Assembly: GCA_031286165.1 (NCBI GenBank)
Contig: JAITUU010000015.1
Span: 1,558-65,557 of the forward strand
DNA length: 64,000 nt
DNA from: Bacteroidales bacterium
GTDB lineage: Bacteria; Bacteroidota; Bacteroidia; Bacteroidales; UBA1715
Reading direction: 5' to 3'
The position numbers were made by a program, and so were the translations under genes. Within the stretch, counting starts at the first letter, position 1; each line of letters begins with the position of its first letter. Below the pieces are notes generated by a model. It did not search any database and had not been told where the DNA came from. It saw only the letters and a list, made by a program, of their open reading frames with translations. Below, piece after piece: positions 38,153-49,000 of the stretch.

Positions 38153-39802
38153 TCAATTTACAAATTTTTTCGCTCGCTGTACGGCTTCTTCAAAGGTTGA
38201 TAGAATATTTGCTTTGCCCAGCAAAAACACTATGCGGCTGTCGTGCAATTCTTCATATACTTTGGGATTCACGCCCGAAAGAATGACTTTGATGTTGCTT
38301 TTTTGCAAACTTTGAATTACATCGCGCAGATTGTGCACCGCAGTTTGGTCCACAAAGGGAACGTAGCGCATACGCACAATGAGTACCTTCGATTTTGAAC
38401 CGATTTCGCGCAGGGTGTTGCAGTAACTTTTGGCAGAACCAAAAAAGAAGGGTCCACTGATTTCGTAAATTGAAATGCCGGCGGGAATGTCGGAATAATT
38501 TTCTAAGGTATTTCTATCCACCGTATCGGTTTGTAGTCCACCGGCATCGCTCATGCGTTTCATAAACAGCAGAGCCGAAAGTACCACACCCACTTCTATA
38601 GCCACCGTGAGGTCTATAAATACGGTAAGAAAGAAGGTTACCAATAATATAAGTATATCGAAACGCGAGCCGTTGAAAATAGAAAGGAAGGAACGCCATT
38701 CGCTCATGTTGTAGGCTACCACTATAAGAATACCGGCTAAGCAGGGCATGGGAATGAGTTTTGCCCACGAACCGAAAAAGAGCATAATGAGCAGTAGGGT
38801 AACGGCGTGCATCATGCCGGCAATAGGTGTGCGACCGCCGTTTTTCACGTTTGTAGCCGTGCGAGCAATTGCGCCGGTGGCGGGAATACCGCCAAAAAAC
38901 GGTGTAACCACGTTGGCAACTCCTTGTGCAATCAATTCTGTATTAGAATCGTGGGTGGAACCTATCATACCATCGGCTACCACCGCCGAAAGCAGCGATT
39001 CTATTGCGCCCAGCAGCGCAATGGTGAGTGCCGGCGCAAAATACATTTGCAACTGCGCCCAATCTATGTGCGGTGCCGAAAGCGATATTTTTTGCGGAAT
39101 AGTACCAAAACTCGTTTCTATGGTATTCACCGGCACGTGAAAGAGATGCACAAAGAGTGTTACCAAAATAATGGCAACAAAGGAACCGGGAATTTTGGTG
39201 GTAATTTTTTTGAAACCTACCGTTATAAATATAGTAATAATAGTGAGTACTACGGCAAATTTATTAGTAGTGCCGAGTGCGCCAATGTAGGCAGTCCATT
39301 TTCCTATAAAATCGCCCGGAACAGAGCGAATTTGAAGCCCCAACGCATCTTTTACCTGTGTAGAAAAAATTACTAAGGCTATGGCACTTGTGAAACCCAC
39401 AATAAGCGGGTGAGGAATGTAGCGCAGAAGTGTTCCCAATTTGAGTAAACCAAACAGAATGAGAAAAAATCCTGCTAAAATGGTGGAAATGAGCAAGCCA
39501 TCGAAACCATACTGCTGCAATACGCCGAATACTATAACAATAAATGCACCCGTAGGTCCGCCTATTTGCACGCGGCTACCGCCCAAAAATGAAATAATAA
39601 ATCCTGCAATCACCGCCGTAATCAATCCTTTTTCGGGCGAAACTCCTGATGCTACGGCAAAGGCAATGGCAAGCGGCAGAGCCACTATGCCCACTATAAT
39701 ACCCGAAAATAAATCTTTACCGAATTGTTCTTTGCCATACCCTTGTTTCAATACCGAAAATAGGGCAGGTCGGCAAATTTCCGAAAGGCGAAAATGAATC
39801 AT
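38153..39802 (-). CDS. SulP-family anion transporter with STAS domain
   Basis: GGSRVQIGGPTGAF, ESLLSAVVAD, PATGAIARTA, GPFFFG. Confidence 0.93.
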   Translation of the reverse strand: MIHFRLSEICRPALFSVLKQGYGKEQFGKDLFSGIIVGIVALPLAIAFAVASGVSPEKGLITAVIAGFIISFLGGSRVQIGGPTGAFIVIVFGVLQQYGFDGLLISTILAGFFLILFGLLKLGTLLRYIPHPLIVGFTSAIALVIFSTQVKDALGLQIRSVPGDFIGKWTAYIGALGTTNKFAVVLTIITIFITVGFKKITTKIPGSFVAIILVTLFVHLFHVPVNTIETSFGTIPQKISLSAPHIDWAQLQMYFAPALTIALLGAIESLLSAVVADGMIGSTHDSNTELIAQGVANVVTPFFGGIPATGAIARTATNVKNGGRTPIAGMMHAVTLLLIMLFFGSWAKLIPMPCLAGILIVVAYNMSEWRSFLSIFNGSRFDILILLVTFFLTVFIDLTVAIEVGVVLSALLFMKRMSDAGGLQTDTVDRNTLENYSDIPAGISIYEISGPFFFGSAKSYCNTLREIGSKSKVLIVRMRYVPFVDQTAVHNLRDVIQSLQKSNIKVILSGVNPKVYEELHDSRIVFLLGKANILSTFEEAVQRAKKFVN

Positions 39803-39867
39803 ACTCTCAATTTTTTTCGCAAATTTATACGGATTTTAAACAATTCAACATGAAAACGATAGCAATC

Positions 39868-40491
39868 TTAGTGATTTTTGAAAATTTTTAGAATAGAAGT
39901 TTCTTTATCAATCAGTTGCGTGCGCAAACCTGCCTTGCGAGCACCTACGAGATTTTCTTCTTTATCGTCTAAAAACAGCGTGTGCTCAGGGTTCAAACCT
40001 GCTTGTGCAATCACGGTTTCAAAAATTTCTACGTGTGGTTTGTTCAAGTGCAGGTGATGCGAATACCACACTGTTTCAAATAAATCGTGTATGGAGTGTT
40101 TAATTCCTTGATTTTTCATATTTTGCACAAAAGCCTTTTCGTGCAAATCGTTGGTATTGCTCAGTAAAAATGTGCGGTATTGCATTTTTAAGCGGAGCAA
40201 TAACTCCACGTGCGCCGGCGGAAAATCGAGCAACATAGCGTTCCACGCATCGGTAATTTGCTGTGCACTAATATAGTGCGGCGCAAGTGATTGAATGTAC
40301 GCCACAAATTCATCGCTTGAAATTAGCCCGCATTCGTAGTTGCGAAATACATTGTTTTGCGCCACAGAGCGCGAAAGGTCGTGCGCGTTGCACTGCAATA
40401 ATTGCATAAGAGCAGAGTAGGTGCGTTGCTCGTTGAGGTTGAGAATTACACCGCCGAAATCGAAAATAATAGAGGTAATGTTTTCTAACAT
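39868..40491 (-). CDS. HAD-family phosphatase (YihX-like)
   Basis: IIFDFGGV, LLSNTN, KP, FLDD. Confidence 0.9.
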   Translation of the reverse strand: MLENITSIIFDFGGVILNLNEQRTYSALMQLLQCNAHDLSRSVAQNNVFRNYECGLISSDEFVAYIQSLAPHYISAQQITDAWNAMLLDFPPAHVELLLRLKMQYRTFLLSNTNDLHEKAFVQNMKNQGIKHSIHDLFETVWYSHHLHLNKPHVEIFETVIAQAGLNPEHTLFLDDKEENLVGARKAGLRTQLIDKETSILKIFKNH

Positions 40492-40613
40492 GAATTTTAT
40501 TTTTTCGCAAAGATAGATTTTGTTGAAAAAACAAAAAAATAATCGAATACATATTTGCAGGTTTCAAAAAAACAGGTATTTTTGCAGCACTTAAATAACA
40601 GTATGGTTATTTA

Positions 40614-40687
40614 GGGCTCATAGCTCAGTTGGTTAGAGCACCTGACTCATAATCAGGGGGTCACAGGTTCAAGCCCTGTTGAGCCCA
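40614..40687 (+). tRNA. tRNA with CAT anticodon, most likely tRNA-Ile2 (lysidine-modified); CCA not encoded
   Basis: Acceptor stem GGGCTCA/TGAGCCC, D arm AGCTCAGTTGGTTAGAGC, anticodon arm CCTGA-CTCATAA-TCAGG, T loop GGTTCAAG; -7 box at 40577-40584. Confidence 0.93.
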
Positions 40688-40691
40688 CGGT

Positions 40692-40727
40692 AAAGCAGTC
40701 GTTCGATAATGGAACGACTGCTTTTTT
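40692..40727 (+). terminator. Intrinsic terminator after the tRNA
   Basis: aaagcagtcgttc/gaacgactgcttt stem plus T run. Confidence 0.85.
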
Positions 40728-40847
40728 GTATATTACAAACTATTGAATATTAGCGAAAACCCTGCCGAAAGTCATAGGAATTTGGTGTGATTGTATAAAA
40801 TCTCTGCGTATTTTTGACCTATACAAACACTTAAAAAATGTAACATT

Positions 40848-41402
40848 ATGAAAACGATAAACACATTAGTATTGGTAGGCGGTATCAGTAAAAATTCAAT
40901 CAATCAACGATTGTTCAACGAAATTGCAAAACACTATAAAGGAAATCTTGCCTTCAAGCAATTTCACGTAGAAAAACTGCCGTATTATTCGCAAGATATT
41001 GAAAATGAAAAAATTGCGATAGTTGAAGATTTTAAATCACAGGTGGAGCAGGCAGATGCAATATTATTGATTACGCCGGAGTACAATCGTTCCTTTCCCG
41101 GTGTGTTGAAAAACGCCCTCGATTGGGGCAGCCGTCCGTGGGGGCACAATAGTTGGAGCGGCAAAGCAGCAGCCGTAATGGGTGTTTCCATAGGGCAAAT
41201 AGGAACCTTTGCTGCGCAAGGACATTTGCGAGCCGTGTGTTCGTTTTTGAATATGCACGTAATGAGCCAACCCGAATTTTACGGTCAAGCACAAGCCTTG
41301 CTTACTGAAACCGGATTAGTTGAAAGTGCGTTGCCGTTTATAGACCAATATTTGGCAAGTTTTGAGAAATGGATAGAGCGAATTAATGCTAAAAAACAAT
41401 AG
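40848..41402 (+). CDS. NAD(P)H-dependent FMN reductase (ChrR/SsuE-like)
   Basis: ITPEYNRSFPGVLKNALDWGSRP. Confidence 0.92.
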   Translation: MKTINTLVLVGGISKNSINQRLFNEIAKHYKGNLAFKQFHVEKLPYYSQDIENEKIAIVEDFKSQVEQADAILLITPEYNRSFPGVLKNALDWGSRPWGHNSWSGKAAAVMGVSIGQIGTFAAQGHLRAVCSFLNMHVMSQPEFYGQAQALLTETGLVESALPFIDQYLASFEKWIERINAKKQ

Positions 41403-41464
41403 ATACTCGTTCAAAACGGGTGTTGGTGGCGTTCTGAGATAACGCTCTCGTGCAATACGAGGAG

Positions 41465-41497
41465 AGAGGAAGTGAATATGCACCACTTCCTCTTTTT
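41465..41497 (+). terminator. Intrinsic terminator
   Basis: agaggaagtg/cacttcctct stem plus T run. Confidence 0.8.
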
Positions 41498-41557
41498 GTG
41501 TGTATGTGTTTATAATTAAAGTTATATATTTGCCACTTGAATTTTGTAATTTATACT

Positions 41558-42787
41558 ATGATACACAAAGATAAATGTTCATTCTGCGGTCGTCCGGGCA
41601 ATCGGGTACGTATTCTTATTAACGGTAGTTCCGGCAATATTTGCGATGATTGTATTCGTGATGCCTTCGATATGGTGAAAATGAGTGAAGAACACAGCAA
41701 AAAATCGTTGAACACACAGCCCGGAGTGCAGGCAATGCTGAAACCGGTGGAAATAAAACAACACTTAGACGAGTATGTAATAGGGCAGAACGAGGCAAAA
41801 AAAGTACTTGCCGTGGCGGTGTACAATCACTATAAACGAATTAATCAGCAGGTAAAAACCGACGAGGTGGAGATTGAGAAATCGAACATTATGCTGGTGG
41901 GCGAAACAGGAACAGGAAAAACCCTGCTGGCAAAAACCATTGCCAAACTATTGGACGTTCCCTTTGCCATAGTAGATGCTACGGTGCTCACCGAAGCCGG
42001 CTACGTGGGCGAAGATATTGAAAGTTTGCTTGTGCGCTTGCTGCAAAATGCCGATTACGATGTGGCGCGTGCCGAAAAAGGTATTGTGTTTATAGACGAA
42101 ATCGACAAAATTGCCCGCAAAGGCGACAATCCTTCTATAACGCGCGATGTGAGCGGCGAAGGCGTGCAACAGGGTTTGCTCAAATTGCTCGAAGGTTCGG
42201 TGGTAAATGTGCCGCCGCAAGGAGGTAGAAAGCACCCCGACCAAAAAATGATAGCCGTAGATACTAAAAATATTCTCTTTATTTGCGGTGGCGCATTCGA
42301 GGGAATCGACAAAATTATTGCTCGCCGCTTGAATACCAAAGTGGTGGGGTTTGGCGCAAAAGAAAAAACAAAAGAGATAGATAAAAACAATTTTTTGCAA
42401 TACGTTGCCCCACAGGATTTACGCACTTTTGGTTTAATTCCCGAAATTATCGGGCGTATTCCCGTGTTGGCACACCTCAATCCGCTCGACCGCGATGCAC
42501 TGCGCCGAATTTTGGTAGAACCTAAAAATGCGCTCAGCAAGCAATATTATGAACTCTTCAAAATGGACAATGTGGAACTTTCTTTTGCCGATGAAACTTT
42601 TGATTACATAGTAGATAAGGCAATAGAATTTAAACTCGGCGCACGCGGCTTACGCTCTATTTGCGAAGCAATTATGGTAGATGCCATGTTTGAAATTCCT
42701 TCGAGTGATGTAAAAGAACTCACAATTACCAAAGAATTTGCTCAACAACATTTTGAAAAATCCCTGCTGGCGCAAAAGCAACAATAG
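41558..42787 (+). CDS. clpX: ATP-dependent Clp protease ATP-binding subunit
   Basis: CSFC/CDDC zinc finger, [33 protein letters not shown]. Confidence 0.97.
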   Translation: MIHKDKCSFCGRPGNRVRILINGSSGNICDDCIRDAFDMVKMSEEHSKKSLNTQPGVQAMLKPVEIKQHLDEYVIGQNEAKKVLAVAVYNHYKRINQQVKTDEVEIEKSNIMLVGETGTGKTLLAKTIAKLLDVPFAIVDATVLTEAGYVGEDIESLLVRLLQNADYDVARAEKGIVFIDEIDKIARKGDNPSITRDVSGEGVQQGLLKLLEGSVVNVPPQGGRKHPDQKMIAVDTKNILFICGGAFEGIDKIIARRLNTKVVGFGAKEKTKEIDKNNFLQYVAPQDLRTFGLIPEIIGRIPVLAHLNPLDRDALRRILVEPKNALSKQYYELFKMDNVELSFADETFDYIVDKAIEFKLGARGLRSICEAIMVDAMFEIPSSDVKELTITKEFAQQHFEKSLLAQKQQ

Positions 42788-42810
42788 GCAATATGCTAAT
42801 ATGCTAATAC

Positions 42811-42846
42811 AAAAAAATCCTGCGAGAAAACTTGCAGGATTTTTTT
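42811..42846. terminator. Bidirectional terminator
   Basis: A run, tcctgcgag/cttgcagga stem, T run. Confidence 0.85.
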
Positions 42847-42871
42847 GTATCTAATAACTAACAATTAATTA

Positions 42872-45800
42872 CTATCTATTATTCACCAGCATTTTAGCCA
42901 CGGTTTTCACGCCGTTGTTCACATTGCTCACCAAATACACGCCGGAAGGGAGCGGCAGGTGTATGGAGTAGGTAGGATTGCCGGCAGCCACAGTGGTTTC
43001 GTAGAGCAGGGTGCCGGTAATGGCATGAATGCTCACATAATTGCTCTGCGTAGCGTTGGCAAACGAGCAATCTATGGTAGTAGAGCCTTTGCTTACGGCG
43101 TAGGTAATTTCAAATGCTTTACCTGCCCCTTCGCCAAAGAGTACCGATACTACTCGTGAGTACGATACCGCACCGTTGAAATCGGTTTGACTCAGGCGAT
43201 AGTACGATAAGCCCGCAAGCGGTGCGTAGTCGGTAATGCCGTAGTATTGCGGCACGGTAGTAGTACCTGCGCCAAGCACATCTTCGCACACATTGTAGAA
43301 CGCCACGCCGTCTGCCGAACGTTGCACGGTAAAGTAGTCGTTGTTGGTTTCGCTTTGGGTAGCCCAATTTAGGTTCACATGAGTGCCTTCGCGCTCAGCG
43401 GTAAATTCTATCAATTCCACCGGCAAAAAGAAACTGCCCGGAGGTGTTACTCTTTGGTCGAATTCTGCTTGGCAGGCTGCGGTGGTTTCCCAGCGTATTT
43501 TTGCCACACTATCGGCTACCGCACCGGTACCTTTTTGCAAATAAAAATCTTGCCAGCCATTAATTGGTACAAGTGGATTATCTTCGCCCGGCTGACCGTC
43601 TGCGCGACCGCCATAAAAGTCATTGGCATAGAGTAAACGTCCGGTACCATACACATAGCCTACTTTATCGCCCACAGGGTGTTGCATATTTCCGCAATAG
43701 TAGAGCGTGGCACCACTCGCCACGTGGATTTTAAATTGATTTGTTACCGAAGCAGCCATGTCGCCAATGAAAGCAACGCCACCGTTTTCTACCGCGAAAG
43801 CATTACCACCTCCGCCACCGCAGGAAGAACTAATAAAACCGCGAGAAAACATTTCTCCGCCATTTTCTACCGAGAATTGTGCGCCACCACCGGCACCATT
43901 CAAATTCAAATTTCCTTTGGTGGGTACAAATTGATTGTACGCATACACACCGCCGCCATTTTTTATGCGGAAACGCATACCGCCGCCTTGAGTAAGTGTG
44001 GCTATAAAATCGCCATCGCGTACATATATTTTTCCTTTTATGGTGTGAGTTCTACTCGAATTGGTAGTGCTAAATAGCATATCACTATTGTTTACTACAA
44101 ATAAACTTTCTGAATTAAAGAAACAATACGAATGTTGCTGGGTTGTTTTTGTAGTACCGTGAGAGAGAGCGATTTGAGCATCCATAGATTCTCGCATATC
44201 TTTCTCCTGCGTATCACACGTAAATTGTTCTGTTTTTACTGTTCCTTGAAGGTCTTTATTACCACCGCAATCGCCGGTTCCGCAATTACCGCCACCGCAA
44301 TTATCGGTATATACGTCAGTAGTTCTAAAGCAATTATCATCAAGTCCTACATGGGCTAATATTTCTACTCTATGCGTGCTACCCAGCGGATTGTTTATAA
44401 ACACTGTGCCTTTGCTTTCGTTGTAGAAAAATGCACCTTCGCGAGCACCAATAATAAAATCGGAATTGGTGAGATTGAAACTTCCTTTATTACTAAAATA
44501 TACCGAAGAATTTAATCGGTTACTATTTCCGCCGCCGTCCATTTCAAATTTTCCATCGGTTATGTTTATGGTTCCTTTGTTGTCGATTTTGGTTTCTTCA
44601 CAACCGGCATCCCATTGGTCGTTGCCCAAATAGCGTCCTACGGTAAAATTACCGGTTACATCGAGTCTTCCCGAAGATTCTACGGTTATTTGCCCTGATT
44701 TAAACGTAAAATCGTGGCGAATATCTAAGGTTCCCGATATGGTAAGTTTCACGGGGTCTTTTCCGGCACTTTCGGCTATGGTAAAATCGCCAATGCGTAC
44801 CACTTCGGAGTTTATAATAGGGCAGGAGCCGGTGCAGAGAGTTACGTTGTCGTAGGCAGTGGGCACATCGTTCAGTTTGGTGGTGCTATTGCAATTTCCT
44901 AAGTACCAGTTGTCTTTTACGGTCCAATCGCGTTTGCTTGGGTCGGAATTACAGCCTTTATATACCACATCGCGTTTTTGGGCTACCACATTACCTGTTA
45001 CACTCACGCTCAGGGTAGTATTGTCGGATACAAGTTTTATTTGTGCCGAATATGCGCCGGTAGGCAGTCCCGATTTCATTTTTACACACACTTGTCCTCC
45101 GCCGCTACCGAGAGTAGTAGTGCTTGTAATTTCAAAATTATTTGCATCGGCACCTTCCAATGTTACGGCAATGGAATTCGACCAACATTCGGTAAGAATA
45201 TCGAAACAGGTTTGCGGTGCTGTGCCGCCAATTAAGTATGATAATGAAACAGAATTGGACGAAGAGTATAACTGTTTGTTTTTCAATTCTCCTTTGGCGG
45301 CTATGGTGTTTATAGTGCTGCCATTGGTAAGGGTAATAGCATTGGGAGTGTCAAATTCCGAAGACACTATTCGTTTTAAATACAGTGTTGTGCCTGTTTC
45401 GGCAGCGGCTTTTGCCACTGTATAAGGAGCAGTAAGTTTTGTGCCGGCAGCATTGTATAATTCAAATTCCGGGGCTACTGCCACTATTACTCCGGCAGCG
45501 GCTACACACGAACCTTTTACCGTAAAGGGTTGCAGGTCGGTAAAATCGTTTCCGGCACATACTTTATTGAATATCAATTTTTGTGTGGTGCTTCCGGTTA
45601 GGTTGGTGGAGGCGGTACCGCTTGCTTGAATGGTGTACATATTATTGCCTCCCCATGAAAGTGATAGTGCGTTTTCGTTTGAAAACGTTGTTCTTGCATC
45701 TCGCGCTGCGTATATTGTTATATTAAGATTTTTTGTTGCCGTAATAGCATTGTTTATAGTGGTATAGAATGTGCTGGCAGTATTAGTTGTAGCCAGTGCC

Positions 45801-48619
45801 AATCCTCCAGTCGCAGCAGCATAAAATTTATATCCCGATTGTGGAGAAATGCTTGAAATATTCTCCACGCAAGTACCTTGTATGTTAATTGCTTTTCTAC
45901 CATAGCCTATACCGTCGCACACAGGGTCAAATTCCACCAATTCCGGAGTAATGGTAATTTCCGATTTTCCTACGCTCACTTCGGCAATGCTGAGTGATTG
46001 GTCGGTGGCACCGGTGCTTGTTATAGGCACTTGGCGAGCAACTATATCATCAGTGGTGGTTACTTGTGTTTTATCTATGCGCACATATACTAAGGTTTCT
46101 GCCACTGTGCCGTTGTTTGGTTGCAGTGTAAGAGTAGTGCTCCACGTAGTGCCGTTCAAAGAATATTGATAGGGTGCACTTGCGGGTATCACAATCGGTG
46201 CTGTTAAATTATCGCCTTTTACCGAAAAATCGTATTTTGGCGTTTCGGTGGCTCCTTGGCAAATACTATATGCCGGAATAGAACGCATAACGGTAATTTT
46301 GGGTACACTACAATCGGCATTTACCACAGTAGCCACCACAAATCCTCTATTATCGGTAGGGCGGAAGTTGGTTGGGTTACAACTTTGGTCGTATTTGGTA
46401 ATATTAAAGTAGCCTTTTTTATCGCTTACGTTACCGCTGCTTGTTACGGTATAGCGAGTGCTGCCGCTGCCCGATTGTCGCCAATTTTTAATGGTAAAAC
46501 TTTTATTGCTATTAAAATTTGTGGCTATGGTTATGGTGCTGCCATTGAATACAAACCAACCATTGCCCGATTCAAAGGGGTCGGTATCATCTCTTCGGGT
46601 AATTTCCATATTACCGTTTAGTATCACACTTTCGTCGTTTTCGGTTCCTGCCCACGAAAGTTTTCCTTTTCCTGCGCGAATGGTAAATTTGCCTTCTACT
46701 ATGAGCGTGCCATTGCCTACTGCTATGGTAGGAGTGTTGCCATTATCGGAAGTAGTACCCACTTTTACTTCGCCAAGCACACGCAAGGTGTTTGTGCCGC
46801 TCAGTGTAACCGAACCGCTTCTATCTACAATCAACTGCCCGCAGGTTATATCTTTATCTACGGTAATTTTACTTTCGGCGCGTCCATCATCGCGGTAGCC
46901 TATTTTTACAATATCGCACGGACCGGGGTAGGTACCTGCCGGTACCGGACTTCCTAATTCCGAAAAACTCCATGTGGTGTTGTCTGTCCAATTACCGGTG
47001 CTTACTATACTGTAGAATGTTTGTGCCGAGCAGGCTGTGCGCGTGCCGCCGCCAAGTGTAACTTCGGCGGTTTTTCCATTGGCGGTAAGGGTTATTTTGT
47101 TGGCGGCTACTGAAGTGGGTTTGCCATTTCCTGCTTTTTCTGCCGGTGTAGATTTTTCGCGTATTTGCACATACACCGTAGTACCCGGTTCCACGTCTAA
47201 CGAAGTGCTCCACGGTCCGTTTGGTTTTGTGGAAATTTCGTAATCGCCGCCTACGGTTACTTTCACTTTGGGTCCCAAGCAGGCTCCGCTTACTACAAAC
47301 GTTTGCGGTACCGAATAATCGTGGGTAGAATAGCCGGTAAAATTATTCAATGCCGCAGGCGAAGCTACTAATTGTGCTCCTGCACCTATTTGTGCCGAGA
47401 GTGCCACCGTAGAAGATGTAGTAGCACCACTGCTTGCGGTAAGGTTTGCATTGAGCGTACCTGTGCTTTGCCCTGTTGCCACACGTACCCACACGGTAGT
47501 ATTCACTATTTCGCCGCTTGCGTTTGGTGCTTGAGACACTGAATTTAACCATGTAGTGCCGTCAAGTGAAAATTGATAGCCGCTCACAGGACCCACCACT
47601 GCCGGAGCAGTTATGAGTTGTGCATTCAAGGTAAGTTTTTGCGCTGCCGATGCTTCGTTTGTGCAGGATGTGAATTGCGAAAGCGAAGCGGTGAGCCGCA
47701 CTTCCGGATTACACGCAGCATTGGTTACCGGATTTGTTACCGTAATTGTTGTTGGTTTTAAGTTTTCAGAGTTGCAATTTTGGTCGTAGGTAGTTACGGT
47801 GAATTTTTTGTTCGATACCGTAATAGTCATTTTTGAAGTACAGGGTGATTTTGGTTGTATCAGTTTTTTTACGGTTAGGTCTGAATTTTGCAGTTGTATA
47901 TTCATAGTTCTACCGCAGGCACCACTCATATCAAGTGTAAGGTTAGTGCAATCGCCTACTGAATTATTTGTTTTATACGTAAAATTTCCATCTACTTTCA
48001 GTGTTCCGCTCCCGCGAAGTCCCTTATCGTTGTTGTGGTTATCCGAAAAATTCCCTTTTACATACAAGTAGCCATCTACCGTGAGTACAGCATCGGTAGC
48101 ATTGTTATTAGCATCTTTTGCTACGGTAAAATTACCGTTTACTGTAACAGAACCGGTACTTTCTATTTTAAATTCCTTTCCATTGTTTCGCCCATAGGTT
48201 ACGTTGCCGCCCACAAGCAGTGTTCCTCTCACAACAACACCATCGCCATCGGTGTCTTTAAAACTTTTAAAATCACCTTTTATATCGAGTGTTACGCCGG
48301 CATTGATAGTTAAACCCGGACTGTTGTTCTGCATAGTTAAATCTTTACACACAGCATTCACATCTACTATCACTTTTACATCGTTGCATATATACACATT
48401 GTCGGCTGCCGTAGGCAGTGCAGCCGGTTTTGTGCTACCACCACACGCGGTTCGCCAATTATTCAAATCGCTCCAGTTGCCATTACTATTAAAATAATAG
48501 TCGGTAGCACTCACACTCCCCAAGCCCACAAAGAGCAAAGTACCGAGTAGCATTATAAGCCTGCGGCAATTTTTTACTGTAAAAAATTCTACCTGTTTGT
48601 AAAGTGTGTTCATACGCAT
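42872..48619 (-). CDS. 1915-aa secreted beta-helix/Ig multidomain protein with T9SS type-A-like C-terminal sorting domain
   Basis: Signal peptide; repeated GNW...W...P...D.V.I caps followed by beta-helix-like strands; LPVELIEF...WATQSETNNDYFTVQRS domain; C-terminal LPSGVYLV...VAKMLV. Confidence 0.85.
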   Translation of the reverse strand: MRMNTLYKQVEFFTVKNCRRLIMLLGTLLFVGLGSVSATDYYFNSNGNWSDLNNWRTACGGSTKPAALPTAADNVYICNDVKVIVDVNAVCKDLTMQNNSPGLTINAGVTLDIKGDFKSFKDTDGDGVVVRGTLLVGGNVTYGRNNGKEFKIESTGSVTVNGNFTVAKDANNNATDAVLTVDGYLYVKGNFSDNHNNDKGLRGSGTLKVDGNFTYKTNNSVGDCTNLTLDMSGACGRTMNIQLQNSDLTVKKLIQPKSPCTSKMTITVSNKKFTVTTYDQNCNSENLKPTTITVTNPVTNAACNPEVRLTASLSQFTSCTNEASAAQKLTLNAQLITAPAVVGPVSGYQFSLDGTTWLNSVSQAPNASGEIVNTTVWVRVATGQSTGTLNANLTASSGATTSSTVALSAQIGAGAQLVASPAALNNFTGYSTHDYSVPQTFVVSGACLGPKVKVTVGGDYEISTKPNGPWSTSLDVEPGTTVYVQIREKSTPAEKAGNGKPTSVAANKITLTANGKTAEVTLGGGTRTACSAQTFYSIVSTGNWTDNTTWSFSELGSPVPAGTYPGPCDIVKIGYRDDGRAESKITVDKDITCGQLIVDRSGSVTLSGTNTLRVLGEVKVGTTSDNGNTPTIAVGNGTLIVEGKFTIRAGKGKLSWAGTENDESVILNGNMEITRRDDTDPFESGNGWFVFNGSTITIATNFNSNKSFTIKNWRQSGSGSTRYTVTSSGNVSDKKGYFNITKYDQSCNPTNFRPTDNRGFVVATVVNADCSVPKITVMRSIPAYSICQGATETPKYDFSVKGDNLTAPIVIPASAPYQYSLNGTTWSTTLTLQPNNGTVAETLVYVRIDKTQVTTTDDIVARQVPITSTGATDQSLSIAEVSVGKSEITITPELVEFDPVCDGIGYGRKAINIQGTCVENISSISPQSGYKFYAAATGGLALATTNTASTFYTTINNAITATKNLNITIYAARDARTTFSNENALSLSWGGNNMYTIQASGTASTNLTGSTTQKLIFNKVCAGNDFTDLQPFTVKGSCVAAAGVIVAVAPEFELYNAAGTKLTAPYTVAKAAAETGTTLYLKRIVSSEFDTPNAITLTNGSTINTIAAKGELKNKQLYSSSNSVSLSYLIGGTAPQTCFDILTECWSNSIAVTLEGADANNFEITSTTTLGSGGGQVCVKMKSGLPTGAYSAQIKLVSDNTTLSVSVTGNVVAQKRDVVYKGCNSDPSKRDWTVKDNWYLGNCNSTTKLNDVPTAYDNVTLCTGSCPIINSEVVRIGDFTIAESAGKDPVKLTISGTLDIRHDFTFKSGQITVESSGRLDVTGNFTVGRYLGNDQWDAGCEETKIDNKGTINITDGKFEMDGGGNSNRLNSSVYFSNKGSFNLTNSDFIIGAREGAFFYNESKGTVFINNPLGSTHRVEILAHVGLDDNCFRTTDVYTDNCGGGNCGTGDCGGNKDLQGTVKTEQFTCDTQEKDMRESMDAQIALSHGTTKTTQQHSYCFFNSESLFVVNNSDMLFSTTNSSRTHTIKGKIYVRDGDFIATLTQGGGMRFRIKNGGGVYAYNQFVPTKGNLNLNGAGGGAQFSVENGGEMFSRGFISSSCGGGGGNAFAVENGGVAFIGDMAASVTNQFKIHVASGATLYYCGNMQHPVGDKVGYVYGTGRLLYANDFYGGRADGQPGEDNPLVPINGWQDFYLQKGTGAVADSVAKIRWETTAACQAEFDQRVTPPGSFFLPVELIEFTAEREGTHVNLNWATQSETNNDYFTVQRSADGVAFYNVCEDVLGAGTTTVPQYYGITDYAPLAGLSYYRLSQTDFNGAVSYSRVVSVLFGEGAGKAFEITYAVSKGSTTIDCSFANATQSNYVSIHAITGTLLYETTVAAGNPTYSIHLPLPSGVYLVSNVNNGVKTVAKMLVNNR

Positions 48620-48928
48620 CTATTTTTAAGTTTAAACCCCTATATTAACTAAGTCTTCAAAAAGACCTCAATTTCATGTATTTACTAAAATTTGCAAAAT
48701 CATAATTACAACACACATTTTGCCTATTTTAATGAACTCCAAATATACTGCGAAAAATCTGAAAAACCAAAGGTTTTTGCATTTATTTTTCACTATTGCA
48801 GGTAATACGCTCTCATACAACACAATATTATATGTATCTATTCGTTTGTTGTTCCATGCTTTATTTCATAACAATTTATGTGCTACCACACCCTACACGC
48901 TGGTAATTGAAAGTTGAAAATTAGATAC

Positions 48929-48964
48929 AAAAAAAGCCCGCTACTTTGGTAGCAGGCTTTTTTT
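48929..48964. terminator. Intrinsic terminator after tonB
   Basis: A run, gcccgctac/gtagcaggc stem, T run. Confidence 0.75.
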
Positions 48965-49000
48965 GTATCTAAAAGTCTTGTGTTTAATCACTAAGCACTA

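Noticed and set aside
40614-41402. tRNA as an island integration site
   Set aside because: No integrase and no duplicated tRNA 3' end were noticed; a normal terminator follows the tRNA.
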